Below, piece by piece: positions 27,197 to 36,321 of a stretch of DNA of 44,451 nucleotides. A model generated the notes under the pieces. The model was not told the origin of the DNA. It saw only the letters and a list, made by a program, of their open reading frames with translations, and searched no databases. Source of the stretch: an uncultured Gammaproteobacteria bacterium (GTDB lineage Bacteria > Patescibacteriota > Patescibacteriia > Patescibacteriales > UBA12465); NCBI GenBank assembly GCA_964599385.1, contig CAZREL010000001.1, positions 1-44,451 of the forward strand. The letters run 5' to 3'. The translations under genes were made by a program, and so were the position numbers. Every line of letters begins with the position of its first letter. Position 1 is the first letter of the stretch.

Positions 27197-27221
27197 GGCT
27201 TTAAACCATAAGAGCTTTGTG

Positions 27222-27250
27222 TTGACAAATTTTTAAATTTATTATATAAT
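27222..27250 (+). promoter_or_regulatory. Consensus sigma-70 promoter
   Basis: TTGACA (27222-27227), a 17-nt spacer, then TATAAT (27245-27250). Confidence 0.6.
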
Positions 27251-27278
27251 AAACAGCTAAGAATTATTAGCTGTTTTT
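27251..27278 (+). terminator. Hairpin plus T5 immediately after the -10 box
   Basis: AAACAGCTAA (27251-27260) pairs perfectly with TTAGCTGTTT (27267-27276), with loop GAATTA; the T-run spans 27274-27278. Confidence 0.5.
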
Positions 27279-27310
27279 AGTAAAAAAGAACTTTAAAAAC
27301 TTAATAATAG

Positions 27311-28453
27311 ATGAAAAAAGAACTAAGTTACAAAAGATTAACCAGGTTAATACTTTTGTTATTTTGTATTTTTGCCTTTCTTTTGCTCTGTGCTTTTTCT
27401 TGCGAGAAAACTAAAAAATTTGAAATGAGGACTTCTGCTTACTGGACATCGCCAACTATGACCGCTGATCAGGCTGCCGCCTTAGCGCAACATGATATCG
27501 TGATTGTAGATATGGAAAATATGATTAATAATAAAGAATCTTTATTAATCATGAAAAAATTAAATGCTGATATTAAATTGTTATGTTACTCAAATCCAAT
27601 GGAGATTTGGGATCCGATGCCAGCTAATCGCCCCTTGCAAACTACTTGGGCAAATGAAATTAAAATCAAGTATCCGCAATGGCTTTTAAAAACCGGTAGT
27701 GGTGTAAATTGTATTTTTTGGTCCGGTATGCTGATGCTTAATATGAGCGAGGTTTGTCCTTTGGCCAATACCGAATTCGGTGCTCTGCGTTATGATCAGT
27801 GGATGGCCAGGAAATTAGTGGCTCAGGTTTTATCCGACCCAATTTGGGATGGGCACTTTACCGACAATTGCACACAGGACGTTTCTTGGGTGCGTAAAGG
27901 ACAGGAACAAATTGATATTGATGGCGATGGAGATTCCGATATCCCTTCATACATTGATCGAAGTTGGGAGGCTGGCATGAGGAAATTTCTTAATAATTTA
28001 CGTGCCAATACTCGACCGAACTTTTTATTGTTTGGCAATAAAGGAATTCTAAATTATGCCGATATTTTGGATGGAGTGATGTTTGAGAATTTTCCGAATG
28101 ATTATCTCGGCTCGACTATAAATGGCGGCTGGGACCAATGCATTTCTAATGCCGAAATGATGAGAATGGGCAATGTACGTTATGTTATTTTTCAAGCCCA
28201 AATGCAGAATTTTAATTTTGCTTTAGCCAGCACCTTGCTTTTTGATCATGCTTATGTTGCTTTAGGGCAAGATAACACCTCATTTCCAGAAATCCTGAAG
28301 CTTAACCCGGGCAAGCCAAGCGGGGAAAGAAATTATACCGGCAATGGTCTTTGGTTTCGCGACTTTGAAAACATTTCCGTTGAGGTTTATCCTCCGGGGG
28401 CTAAAGCCGAAATCAGGCCGATTGAGAAAGGTTTGGATGGGCCAGTTCTTTAA
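27311..28453 (+). CDS. Secreted/anchored protein, possibly a glycoside-hydrolase-like TIM barrel (GH114/GHL15-like)
   Basis: 380 aa with an N-terminal hydrophobic anchor. DIVIVDME and FTDN..D segments recall the GHL families. This is a weak, by-eye call only. Confidence 0.35.
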   Translation: MKKELSYKRLTRLILLLFCIFAFLLLCAFSCEKTKKFEMRTSAYWTSPTMTADQAAALAQHDIVIVDMENMINNKESLLIMKKLNADIKLLCYSNPMEIWDPMPANRPLQTTWANEIKIKYPQWLLKTGSGVNCIFWSGMLMLNMSEVCPLANTEFGALRYDQWMARKLVAQVLSDPIWDGHFTDNCTQDVSWVRKGQEQIDIDGDGDSDIPSYIDRSWEAGMRKFLNNLRANTRPNFLLFGNKGILNYADILDGVMFENFPNDYLGSTINGGWDQCISNAEMMRMGNVRYVIFQAQMQNFNFALASTLLFDHAYVALGQDNTSFPEILKLNPGKPSGERNYTGNGLWFRDFENISVEVYPPGAKAEIRPIEKGLDGPVL

Positions 28454-28488
28454 GAGCTTATCATAATTTCATTTTTTCTGTTTCTATA

Positions 28489-28519
28489 GGCCGGTACTTT
28501 TTTAAGTTCCGGCTTTTTT
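28489..28519 (+). terminator. Rho-independent terminator
   Basis: CCGGTACTT-tttt-AAGTTCCGG (one mismatch) followed by TTTTTT. Confidence 0.6.
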
Positions 28520-28561
28520 CTATTTCCTTTTTTCCTTGTTTTGGGCTATTATTATAATGAT

Positions 28562-29848
28562 ATGGAAACAATTATCATCGCCTTATCGGCGCTCTTATTT
28601 ATACTATTTTTTTATTGGCCGCTTATTGGTCTTTATTTTTTAGTGTTCTCTTTGCCATTTATCGGTTTTGATTTGTCTCTTTTAAGCCTTAATATTCCAC
28701 CGGTTGATTTATTGGCCTTGATTTTACTTGCTGTTTTTTCCTTAAAACGTGTTTTAGCTTTTATTAAAGATGAAAAAATAGAAGCTTTGCGCTGGCCCCT
28801 TGTTGTTCCTTTTGCCTTCTTTTTAACAGCTTCTTTTGTTTCTTCTGTTTTGTCTGCCGATCCGGCTTATTCGCTTTGGTATTTTGTTCGTTGGCAACTC
28901 TTTTTATATTTTGCCTATATTTTTCTACCTTACAATTTAATTAAGGATCAGAAAGTTTTGAAACGAACAATTATTACCTTGGCCTTATCGTCTTTGCTCG
29001 TTTTATTATTCGGCTTTTTGTCTTTATATGGCCAGGATTGGCGCGACAGTTTTTTCCGTATTAAGTCGGTGGCAATTTTTGGTTTATATCCCTATGGAGA
29101 AAATCATAATTTAATTGCCGAGTTTTTGAATGTTGGAACTTTTTTATTTTTGTCTTTGCGTTTTTTGGCCAAGGATTTGCGTTTCCGTCGTTTATTCGAT
29201 GTTCTTTTTATTGTCTCCGCGCTCGGAGTAATTATGACTTTTTCCCGTTCCGGTTGGATAATATTAGCATTACAAGCCAGCCTTTATGCTTGGCTTTATT
29301 TACGTGATGAAAAATTTCGCCAGAAAAATTTGTCTGTTTTGCTTATTGCCGCTTTACTTGTCCTATCGCCGCTTTTTGTTAAGATGGTAACTTTACAGGA
29401 GAGTAATGTTTCTTCAACGGAAAACCGCGTTTTATTATCAGAAATCGCCATGCAAGCTTTTAGTGAAAAACCGGCGCTTGGCTATGGTAGCGGGTCTTTT
29501 ATCCGTTTAGTGGAAAATAATGTCCGCTTCCGCGCCAAATACGGCGATCCAATTGATTCGCATGGTGCCCTGCAGAAAGTGGCGGCAGAAAACGGTTTTT
29601 TCGGTCTGTTGTCTTGGGTGTTTTTAAGCCTTTATTTAATGTTTAATTTTTTTAGAGCCTTAAAAAAATATGGCCTGGCTTATCCCTGGCTTGCTCCGCT
29701 TTTAATAGGTTCTTTGGGCGGCTTGCTATTTCAAATATTTAATACCTCGTATTATAAAGGCAAGGTTTGGCTGCCGATAACTTTGTCGATTCTGGCGATA
29801 GAGCTTGTAGAAAATTATTATGCAAAAAAACGAAAAACAATTAATTAA
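28562..29848 (+). CDS. O-antigen ligase / polymerase family membrane protein (Wzy_C-type)
   Basis: About 10-12 TM helices. The FSRSGWIILALQ loop motif is typical of the O-antigen ligase family. I prefer ATG 28562 over TTG 28541. Confidence 0.72.
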   Translation: METIIIALSALLFILFFYWPLIGLYFLVFSLPFIGFDLSLLSLNIPPVDLLALILLAVFSLKRVLAFIKDEKIEALRWPLVVPFAFFLTASFVSSVLSADPAYSLWYFVRWQLFLYFAYIFLPYNLIKDQKVLKRTIITLALSSLLVLLFGFLSLYGQDWRDSFFRIKSVAIFGLYPYGENHNLIAEFLNVGTFLFLSLRFLAKDLRFRRLFDVLFIVSALGVIMTFSRSGWIILALQASLYAWLYLRDEKFRQKNLSVLLIAALLVLSPLFVKMVTLQESNVSSTENRVLLSEIAMQAFSEKPALGYGSGSFIRLVENNVRFRAKYGDPIDSHGALQKVAAENGFFGLLSWVFLSLYLMFNFFRALKKYGLAYPWLAPLLIGSLGGLLFQIFNTSYYKGKVWLPITLSILAIELVENYYAKKRKTIN

Positions 29849-30914
29849 GATAGTTTATATTATTCCGACGCTTGATTCCGGAGGAGCCGAAAGATTTTTT
29901 GTTGATTTGATAAAAAATCTTGATAGAAGCAGATTCGAACCTCGCTTGATTCTTTATAAAAGAGGCGGAGAGTGGCTGGAAGAATTGAAAAACATCGGGG
30001 TAGCTGTCGATATTCTTGAAAAAAAGAAAGTATTTGATTTTAATAATTTTCGAGCCATTATTAAATCAATTAAAAAAGATCGGCCTGATGTAGTCCACAC
30101 TCAGCTCGGCGGGGATATTTACGGTATTTTAGCGGCACGTTTATGCGGGGTGAAGCGCATTATTTCGACGGAAGTCAACACGAACATTAAAGAAAGTTTT
30201 TTATATAATTTTGTAAAGAGATTTTCTTTACGCTTCGCCTCCCATGTTGTCGCCGTTTCTTCGGCGGTTGCCGAGGATGCTTTAAAAAGGTATCGTCTTG
30301 ATCCGGGCAAGTTGGAAGTTATTTATAACGGCATCGATCTCGGCAAGTTTAGTGCGGGGATACAAGCTCAAGTGAGCGGGCAAAAAATAATTTTGGGCAG
30401 CATTGGGCGCTTAGAGGAGCAGAAAGGTTATCGCTATCTTATTAAAGCCTTGGCGCTTTTGAAGCATCAAAACATTGAAATGCGAATCGCCGGAAACGGA
30501 TCTTTGCGGGAAGAGCTGCAAAAACAGGTTGATGAACTGGCTTTATCGGAAAAAATAAAATTTGTCGGCCTGGTCGATTCGTCGAAGTTTTTAAAAGAAA
30601 TTGATATTTTCGTTCTGCCGTCTTTATGGGAGGGCATGGGCATAGTTTTAGCCGAAGCGATGGCGTCCGGGAAGCTTATTGTCGCTTCCGAGGTTGGCGG
30701 CATTAAAGAAGTTTTAAATAATAACTTTGCTTTCTTTGCCGAGGCCGGAAATGAAGAATCGCTAATGGCGGCGCTTGACGAGGCTTGCGCCATGTTTAAT
30801 TCGCCTCAAGCTTTGTCAATGAGAAAAGCGGCGCAAACTGAAGCTTTAAAACGCTTTGATATAAATAAAATCGCCTCTGATTACCAAAAATTATATGAGA
30901 ATCTTGCAAGTTAA
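29820..30914 (+). CDS. Glycosyltransferase family 4
   Basis: IVYIIPTLDSGGAERF N-terminus and the EX7E region PSLWEGMGIVLAEAMASGKLIVASEVGG. Confidence 0.85.
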   Translation: MQKNEKQLIKIVYIIPTLDSGGAERFFVDLIKNLDRSRFEPRLILYKRGGEWLEELKNIGVAVDILEKKKVFDFNNFRAIIKSIKKDRPDVVHTQLGGDIYGILAARLCGVKRIISTEVNTNIKESFLYNFVKRFSLRFASHVVAVSSAVAEDALKRYRLDPGKLEVIYNGIDLGKFSAGIQAQVSGQKIILGSIGRLEEQKGYRYLIKALALLKHQNIEMRIAGNGSLREELQKQVDELALSEKIKFVGLVDSSKFLKEIDIFVLPSLWEGMGIVLAEAMASGKLIVASEVGGIKEVLNNNFAFFAEAGNEESLMAALDEACAMFNSPQALSMRKAAQTEALKRFDINKIASDYQKLYENLAS

Positions 30915-32139
30915 CCAATACAATTATGCGCGTGGCGGCGCTGATAAATATTATTTGGAACTTTCTGAAAGTTTGCGCCAGGCCGGTTATGAAGTGGCCA
31001 ATTTTTCCATGCGTCATCCGAAAAATTTGCCTAGTGATTTTGAAAAATATTTTGTGTCTCGAGTTAGTTTTAATGAAGACCTCGGTCTTTTAAACAAATT
31101 AAAAATTGTCGGGCGCGTTTTGTATAGCTGTGAAGCAAAGCGGAAATTCAAGCGTCTTTTAAAAGATTTTAAGCCGGATATAATTCACGCTCATAATATC
31201 TATCATCATTTGTCGCCGTCAATTTTATCAATCGCCAGAAGGAAAAAAATTCCGGTTGTTATGCATTTACATGATTATAAGTTGATTTGCCCCAACCACA
31301 GCCTTTTTGTTAATGGTAAATATTGTGAAGCTTGTGCCGGCGGCAAATATTATAATTGCGTTAAATATCGTTGCGTGAAGAATTCTTTATCCGGCAGTAT
31401 TCTGGCGGCTGCGGAAATGTATTTGCATCATAATATTTTAAAAATATACGAGAAGTCCGTAGCAAAATTTATTGCCCCGAGCAGGTTTATGAAAGAAACT
31501 TGCGTCCGCTTCGGACAGAAAGAGCATCAGATTGAAGTTATTTACAATCCTTATAGCCCGGCTTTGGAAAATCAAAATGACAACGAGATTTCTGGTTTAA
31601 AACAAGCCGCTTCTCCTTATATCCTATTCTTCGGACGTTTAAGCGAAGAAAAGGGAATTGATGTGGCGATAAGAGCAATAGCCGGGACCAAGAGCCGTTT
31701 AGTGATTGCCGGTAGCGGAGAATATGAGTATAAATTAAAAGCTTTGGCGGAGGAGCTAAAAGCGCCGGTAGAATTTCTTGGTTTTAAAAGTGGCGATGAT
31801 TTACGCAATATAATTTCCGGAGCCTTGGCTATTGTTGTTCCTTCCATCTGGGCGGAGAATATGCCGCTTTCACTTCTTGAAGCGATGCGTCTTGGAAAAA
31901 TTGCTTTTGCTTCAAATGTCGGCGGTTTGCCGGAAACAATTGATGAGGGGCAAAATGGCTTTTTGTTTGAACTTGGCGGATTCCGTGAATTAGCTTCTAA
32001 GATAAATTTATTCCTGCCTCTACCAGAGGAAGAGAAAAAAAGAATGTCAGACTGCGCCAAAGAGAAGGCGGAATCATTTTCTCCGGAAAAAAATTTGGCG
32101 GAAATAATCAATTTATACAAAAAGGTCCTCAATTATTAG
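30895..32139 (+). CDS. Glycosyltransferase family 4
   Basis: MRILQVNQYNYARGGADKY N-terminus and the EX7E region PSIWAENMPLSLLEAMRLGKIAFASNVGGLPE. Confidence 0.85.
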   Translation: MRILQVNQYNYARGGADKYYLELSESLRQAGYEVANFSMRHPKNLPSDFEKYFVSRVSFNEDLGLLNKLKIVGRVLYSCEAKRKFKRLLKDFKPDIIHAHNIYHHLSPSILSIARRKKIPVVMHLHDYKLICPNHSLFVNGKYCEACAGGKYYNCVKYRCVKNSLSGSILAAAEMYLHHNILKIYEKSVAKFIAPSRFMKETCVRFGQKEHQIEVIYNPYSPALENQNDNEISGLKQAASPYILFFGRLSEEKGIDVAIRAIAGTKSRLVIAGSGEYEYKLKALAEELKAPVEFLGFKSGDDLRNIISGALAIVVPSIWAENMPLSLLEAMRLGKIAFASNVGGLPETIDEGQNGFLFELGGFRELASKINLFLPLPEEEKKRMSDCAKEKAESFSPEKNLAEIINLYKKVLNY

Positions 32140-32151
32140 AGGACCTTTTTT
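32119..32151. terminator. Bidirectional terminator overlapping the GT4 stop codon
   Basis: AAAAAGGTCCTC-aattatta-GAGGACCTTTTTT: a perfect 12-bp stem between convergent genes. Confidence 0.7.
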
Positions 32152-32173
32152 ATATTGCCTGAAAATTATCTTT

Positions 32174-33460
32174 TTATTTGGCGCTTGGATCGATGATATC
32201 GAAAGAAATGCTGTAAGTCAGTTTGGAGGCGAGGCCGTCAACTTTGATATCGACTAAGCCTTTTTTATCCGGCACAGTCAGATTTGTCTGAAATCTGCCT
32301 CGAGCATCAGCTTGAATTTCAGTATAGCTGCCGGCGAAATTTATTTTTAATTTTTCGTTCGGCAGGAATCCGCCGCCGTTTAAGGCGACTTTAGCGTCCT
32401 TGGTTGCTTTGTTATGATCAAGATTAAGATAAAGATTTTCCATGCTGTAAGGCTCTTCTTTTTCGGTGGCCATCAGTGAGGCTAATTTTTCCAAGCGACT
32501 GTCCAAAACAAGAATATTGCTGTTGTTGAAGATAACAATATAATCTTTGCCGTTATTATTAACGACTTCCAGGCCCATGGCCCAGCCGTTGCTTCCGCCC
32601 AAACGATAAGTGTAGGCGTAATCGGCAAGACTCATATCGGTTTTATTCAACTTAACAACACCCATGCCGTTTGAGAAGTAAACAAAATCATTGCCGCTGC
32701 CTGACATATCAAAACCGGGTTGGTCGATGTGCCTGAAGCTTCCGATTAATTTACCGGCACTATTATATTTTTTAGCGTAATAGTCATCAACAATATAGAA
32801 ACTTCCGTCGGCGTCGTTATAGACTTTGTGATTATTGATTTCTTTGAAGTTTAAAGCGGTCTTGGAAATTTGCTTGTTGGCTTCACGATCGAAAATTTCC
32901 AAATAATTGCCGTTAACATTACTGATGAATCTTTCTCCGCCGCTGATGCTGTATGGAGATTTTTCATTGGTAATCGGATAAGATGTGATAACCTGCAAAT
33001 CCTTATTCCAAATCTTAACGCCTTTGGCGCTAATGGTTGCGATTTGACCGCCAAACTTTTCCAATCCGTTATACCATTCCCAGTAGGTGTTGGTATTTTC
33101 GGCAACAAGCTCTATTTTATCACCGGTAATTTGATACTTATAAAGAGTATAATTACTGATGGCGTAAACGTATAGTTTGTTGCTTTCAACCGAGAATTGC
33201 AAATCGTAAAAATTTTCTTGGGAGTTGAAACGTCCATTATAACGTTTTGTTCTGGCAATCTCTTGCAGATCATTGCCGTTTAATTTAAAAATTTCCAGAT
33301 ATCCGGAATTGGTTGAGCCGGCATAGACAGTTCCGCCAAAGGAGACGGCGTCGCCGGAGTAATAAGACTTGTTTTTGGTTTCAGCCGTTTTAATGAAGGC
33401 AAAAATTGCCAAAGCAACAAAAAGACTTAAAAAGATAATTTTTTTCATATTCATAAACAT
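32174..33460 (-). CDS. Secreted repeat protein (beta-propeller-like) with C-terminal Ig-like domain
   Basis: Signal peptide MKKIIFLSLFVALAIFAFIKTA. Recurrent hydrophobic-Y/F-x-x-D/N-G blade-like segments. The C-terminal ~90 aa is a beta-sandwich-like region (VALNGGGFLPNEKLKINF...). The start may be one of three ATGs at 33460, 33454 or 33448. Confidence 0.55.
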   Translation of the reverse strand: MFMNMKKIIFLSLFVALAIFAFIKTAETKNKSYYSGDAVSFGGTVYAGSTNSGYLEIFKLNGNDLQEIARTKRYNGRFNSQENFYDLQFSVESNKLYVYAISNYTLYKYQITGDKIELVAENTNTYWEWYNGLEKFGGQIATISAKGVKIWNKDLQVITSYPITNEKSPYSISGGERFISNVNGNYLEIFDREANKQISKTALNFKEINNHKVYNDADGSFYIVDDYYAKKYNSAGKLIGSFRHIDQPGFDMSGSGNDFVYFSNGMGVVKLNKTDMSLADYAYTYRLGGSNGWAMGLEVVNNNGKDYIVIFNNSNILVLDSRLEKLASLMATEKEEPYSMENLYLNLDHNKATKDAKVALNGGGFLPNEKLKINFAGSYTEIQADARGRFQTNLTVPDKKGLVDIKVDGLASKLTYSISFDIIDPSAK

Positions 33461-33560
33461 TTTTTAGCGTACTCGGTATTGTATCCTTTTTATTAGTATT
33501 TGTCAAGAGGTAAGTGGAGGGGATTTAGTTTTAGGTTTTTTCGCCTATTTTGCCAAAGTA

Positions 33561-33589
33561 TTGACAAATGAATATAAATATATTAAACT
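33561..33589 (+). promoter_or_regulatory. Candidate promoter of the Wzz-like gene
   Basis: TTGACA (33561-33566), a 17-nt spacer, then TAAACT (33584-33589). Confidence 0.4.
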
Positions 33590-33623
33590 GAGGAGTAAAC
33601 TTTAACGATATTTTATAGTTTTT

Positions 33624-34409
33624 ATGAATTCACAAGATTTCACAGGCTTATTAAAAAGAAAAACCGGTACTATTATTGCTATCACTTTTTTGATTTTAAC
33701 AGCTGTTTTAGGCGTATCTTTATTACAGCCTTTAAAATATAGCGCTAAAACCAAACTTCTGGTTGTGCAAAATAGTGTTGGTTTAGATTCCTATGCGGTT
33801 TCCCGTTCCAATGAATATTTGGGCCGGCTTTTTTCCGAGGTTGCCTATTCCGGCGCTTTTTATAATTTAGTTTTAAATTCCCAGTATAAGGTTGATAGAA
33901 ACTATTTTAATGCTTCTTATGCCGAGCAGATTAAACTGTGGCGCAAGACAATTTCTACCAGAACTTTGGCTGATACCGGTATCGTAGAAATTGAAGTTTA
34001 CCACGAGAACCCGGAACAAGCCCGTGTTATTGCTTTGGCGGTTAATGATGTTTTAATGAATCAAAATGCTAATTTCCAAGGCGGCGGCGAAGCGGTTAAG
34101 GTCAGTGTTTTGGATCAGCCATTAGTTTCCGATTATCCTAACCAGCCAAATCTCCTTTATAATTTCTTCTTTGCTTTAGCCGGCGGCTTGGCATTTTCTA
34201 TCGTCTTTATATATTTATTTCCGGAAAAACGCTATGATGTTAGGCTGCTGCCGAAAATGAAGAAGAAGGAAAAAATTAAATTCGGGAATTCTCAAGTTGT
34301 TATAGAGGAAAAGCCTTTGAAATATATTCCGGAAGAAGATGTTAAGGAAGAAATGATGGTTAAGGAGGTTTTTGTTCCGAAGGGCGATATCAATGCGATG
34401 TTTAAATAA
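33624..34409 (+). CDS. Wzz-like polysaccharide chain-length determinant (short PCP)
   Basis: N-terminal TM followed by LLQPLKYSAKTKLLV (Wzz motif region). Second TM near the C-terminus (FFFALAGGLAFSIVFIYLF). Confidence 0.6.
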   Translation: MNSQDFTGLLKRKTGTIIAITFLILTAVLGVSLLQPLKYSAKTKLLVVQNSVGLDSYAVSRSNEYLGRLFSEVAYSGAFYNLVLNSQYKVDRNYFNASYAEQIKLWRKTISTRTLADTGIVEIEVYHENPEQARVIALAVNDVLMNQNANFQGGGEAVKVSVLDQPLVSDYPNQPNLLYNFFFALAGGLAFSIVFIYLFPEKRYDVRLLPKMKKKEKIKFGNSQVVIEEKPLKYIPEEDVKEEMMVKEVFVPKGDINAMFK

Positions 34410-34482
34410 TTTGCCAATTTTGAAATTAATATAAAGTTGGGTTTAGGAGTTCTTTGACAATAAAATAAAAAACAGATAGATC

Positions 34483-35388
34483 ATGAAAAAAATCATTTTT
34501 GTTTTTGTGTTGTTTGGATTAATTCAAGCACACTTTAGCCGGGCTTTTGGCCAGGGCTATGAAGGCGGCATGTTCCGCGACAAATCTAATTTGGTATTTT
34601 TTACCGGTTTGGTTGATAAGCAAGCCTCAAGTGATTGGGGTTATTATTATGGCGCTTATGCCGATTATCGGATTTTTAAATCCGCTAATGACAAATGGAG
34701 CATTGCCCCTTATTTCGTTGCCAGTCGATCAGATTCAAAAAATTTGGTTGACGTGAAACGAAATGACTTCGGTGTCGGCGCTTCAAAAAATGCCGAGTAT
34801 GGAGGTGGGTTATCTTTTGGTTTCTATGAACCGGAGTTAACTTTCCGCTATCAATCATTTGTTGGTTTTAGCGCCGGCCTTCGTTATGGGAGGGAAGCGC
34901 AAATCAATGAATTGCTAAAAGGCATTTATGAAAGCGGCCAGGAAGATTTATTTCTTTCTTTGGGTTTGAATCTGCACTTGCTGAAAAGCTTTGGCTTAAG
35001 GCCGGATCTTTTTCCAAGAAGCCAATTTCAGGTTACTTGGAAAAAACCGATGAAGTCGGAGAAAATCGCTTTCTGGGATAAGAAATCTATTCCGGCCTAC
35101 CCCTGGAATAAAAGTTATTTGGAAGTTATGGCAAAACAAAGCATCTTCCAAAATTTTTTATCGCCTAATTCGGATATTCAGTGCGCGTCGAAACTTATCG
35201 GCTTGTATTCGTATTCCAATGGCGATAAGAGATCCTTCTACGGTTTGGGAGCCGAGTTTTCTTTAAGGCGTGAAAATAGGGATAATTTTTTATCTTTAAA
35301 TATCACGTATAAAGAGAGTCTAAAATTTAGCGACAATTATATAATTGTCGGATGTAATTTTAATTTTAGCAGTCTGCTAAAGAGGTAG
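34483..35388 (+). CDS. Secreted protein of unknown function with beta-barrel-like sequence texture
   Basis: Signal peptide MKKIIFVFVLFGLIQAHFSRAFG. Repeated alternating aromatic/Gly segments: GGGLSFGFY, FVGFSAGLRYG, FYGLGAEFSL. Confidence 0.5.
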   Translation: MKKIIFVFVLFGLIQAHFSRAFGQGYEGGMFRDKSNLVFFTGLVDKQASSDWGYYYGAYADYRIFKSANDKWSIAPYFVASRSDSKNLVDVKRNDFGVGASKNAEYGGGLSFGFYEPELTFRYQSFVGFSAGLRYGREAQINELLKGIYESGQEDLFLSLGLNLHLLKSFGLRPDLFPRSQFQVTWKKPMKSEKIAFWDKKSIPAYPWNKSYLEVMAKQSIFQNFLSPNSDIQCASKLIGLYSYSNGDKRSFYGLGAEFSLRRENRDNFLSLNITYKESLKFSDNYIIVGCNFNFSSLLKR

Positions 35389-35422
35389 CGCTTAATTAAA
35401 ACAATCAAAAAATAAACAAGAA

Positions 35423-36187
35423 ATGAAAACAAGTGAAAAATTGTTAATTTTTGCCTTGGTTATAGGCATTGGTATTTTAATCTGGATTACACGATCCGGA
35501 AATCAGCCGACTTCTGTGTCGGCCAGTTCCAATCAAGCTCTTTTGGCCGCACAAGCGACTATTAGCGCTCAAGCAAATGAAATCGCTTCATTGCGGGCTC
35601 AGCTCGCTGCTTGCCAAAATTCCACAGTTGTTACAGCTGCTCCAGCGCCTGTATCTTATGCGCCGGCGATAGTTAAAAAAGCGCCGACACAAAAAAAGAG
35701 TACAAGCCCGCAGGTTATTACGCTTGTGCCAGAACAGCTTCCTCTTGATGAGGATGAAGTTAATATAAAAGATGAAGCAATTTCTTCGGGTGATATTTCT
35801 GTTGATGCCGGTAAAGTCTATACTTTGCCATCAAGCTTCTATGAAGCTGGTGTTAAGGGCGTGAAACTTTGTCTTCGTTTTGGGGGTAAAGATAATCGTT
35901 ACTGGCCACACATTGGTATTAATGATGGCTCAATGAAAATTGATGCGAATATCGAAGGGAACGGTGAGAAGGGATATAACTTCTTGCTCCCTGGTGCTGT
36001 TTCAACAATGACTGGAGATATCGGTATTACTCGCGATTTAACATTCTTTGTTAGTGCGAATATTGTTGATCGTTATATGTTACCAAGCGATAATGGCTTG
36101 GTGGAAATCAAAGCCCCGGGAACTGGATGGGTGGCTAAGCCGCTTACCAGATTTGGTGACTACTATATTTATAGGGTCAGCCAGTAG
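35423..36187 (+). CDS. Membrane-anchored protein of unknown function (254 aa)
   Basis: N-terminal TM LLIFALVIGIGILIWI, a short coiled segment, a Pro/Ala linker, and a globular C-terminal domain. Confidence 0.5.
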   Translation: MKTSEKLLIFALVIGIGILIWITRSGNQPTSVSASSNQALLAAQATISAQANEIASLRAQLAACQNSTVVTAAPAPVSYAPAIVKKAPTQKKSTSPQVITLVPEQLPLDEDEVNIKDEAISSGDISVDAGKVYTLPSSFYEAGVKGVKLCLRFGGKDNRYWPHIGINDGSMKIDANIEGNGEKGYNFLLPGAVSTMTGDIGITRDLTFFVSANIVDRYMLPSDNGLVEIKAPGTGWVAKPLTRFGDYYIYRVSQ

Positions 36188-36207
36188 TAATATTAGGTAA
36201 AAAACAC

Positions 36208-36239
36208 AAGCCCGGCTTTGTAAAAGGTTGGGCTTTTTT
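36208..36239 (+). terminator. Rho-independent terminator
   Basis: AAGCCCGGCTTT-gtaa-AAGGTTGGGCTT (with G-U pairs) followed by TTTTTT. Confidence 0.6.
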
Positions 36240-36246
36240 CTTGCTC

Positions 36247-36275
36247 TTGACTTATTTTTATATTTATGCTATACT
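36247..36275 (+). promoter_or_regulatory. Sigma-70 promoter with extended -10
   Basis: TTGACT (36247-36252), a 17-nt spacer ending in TGC, then TATACT (36270-36275). Confidence 0.55.
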
Positions 36276-36321
36276 ATAGGCATAGTAAGTTAACAATTGA
36301 ATAATTAAAAAGAACAGAAAA

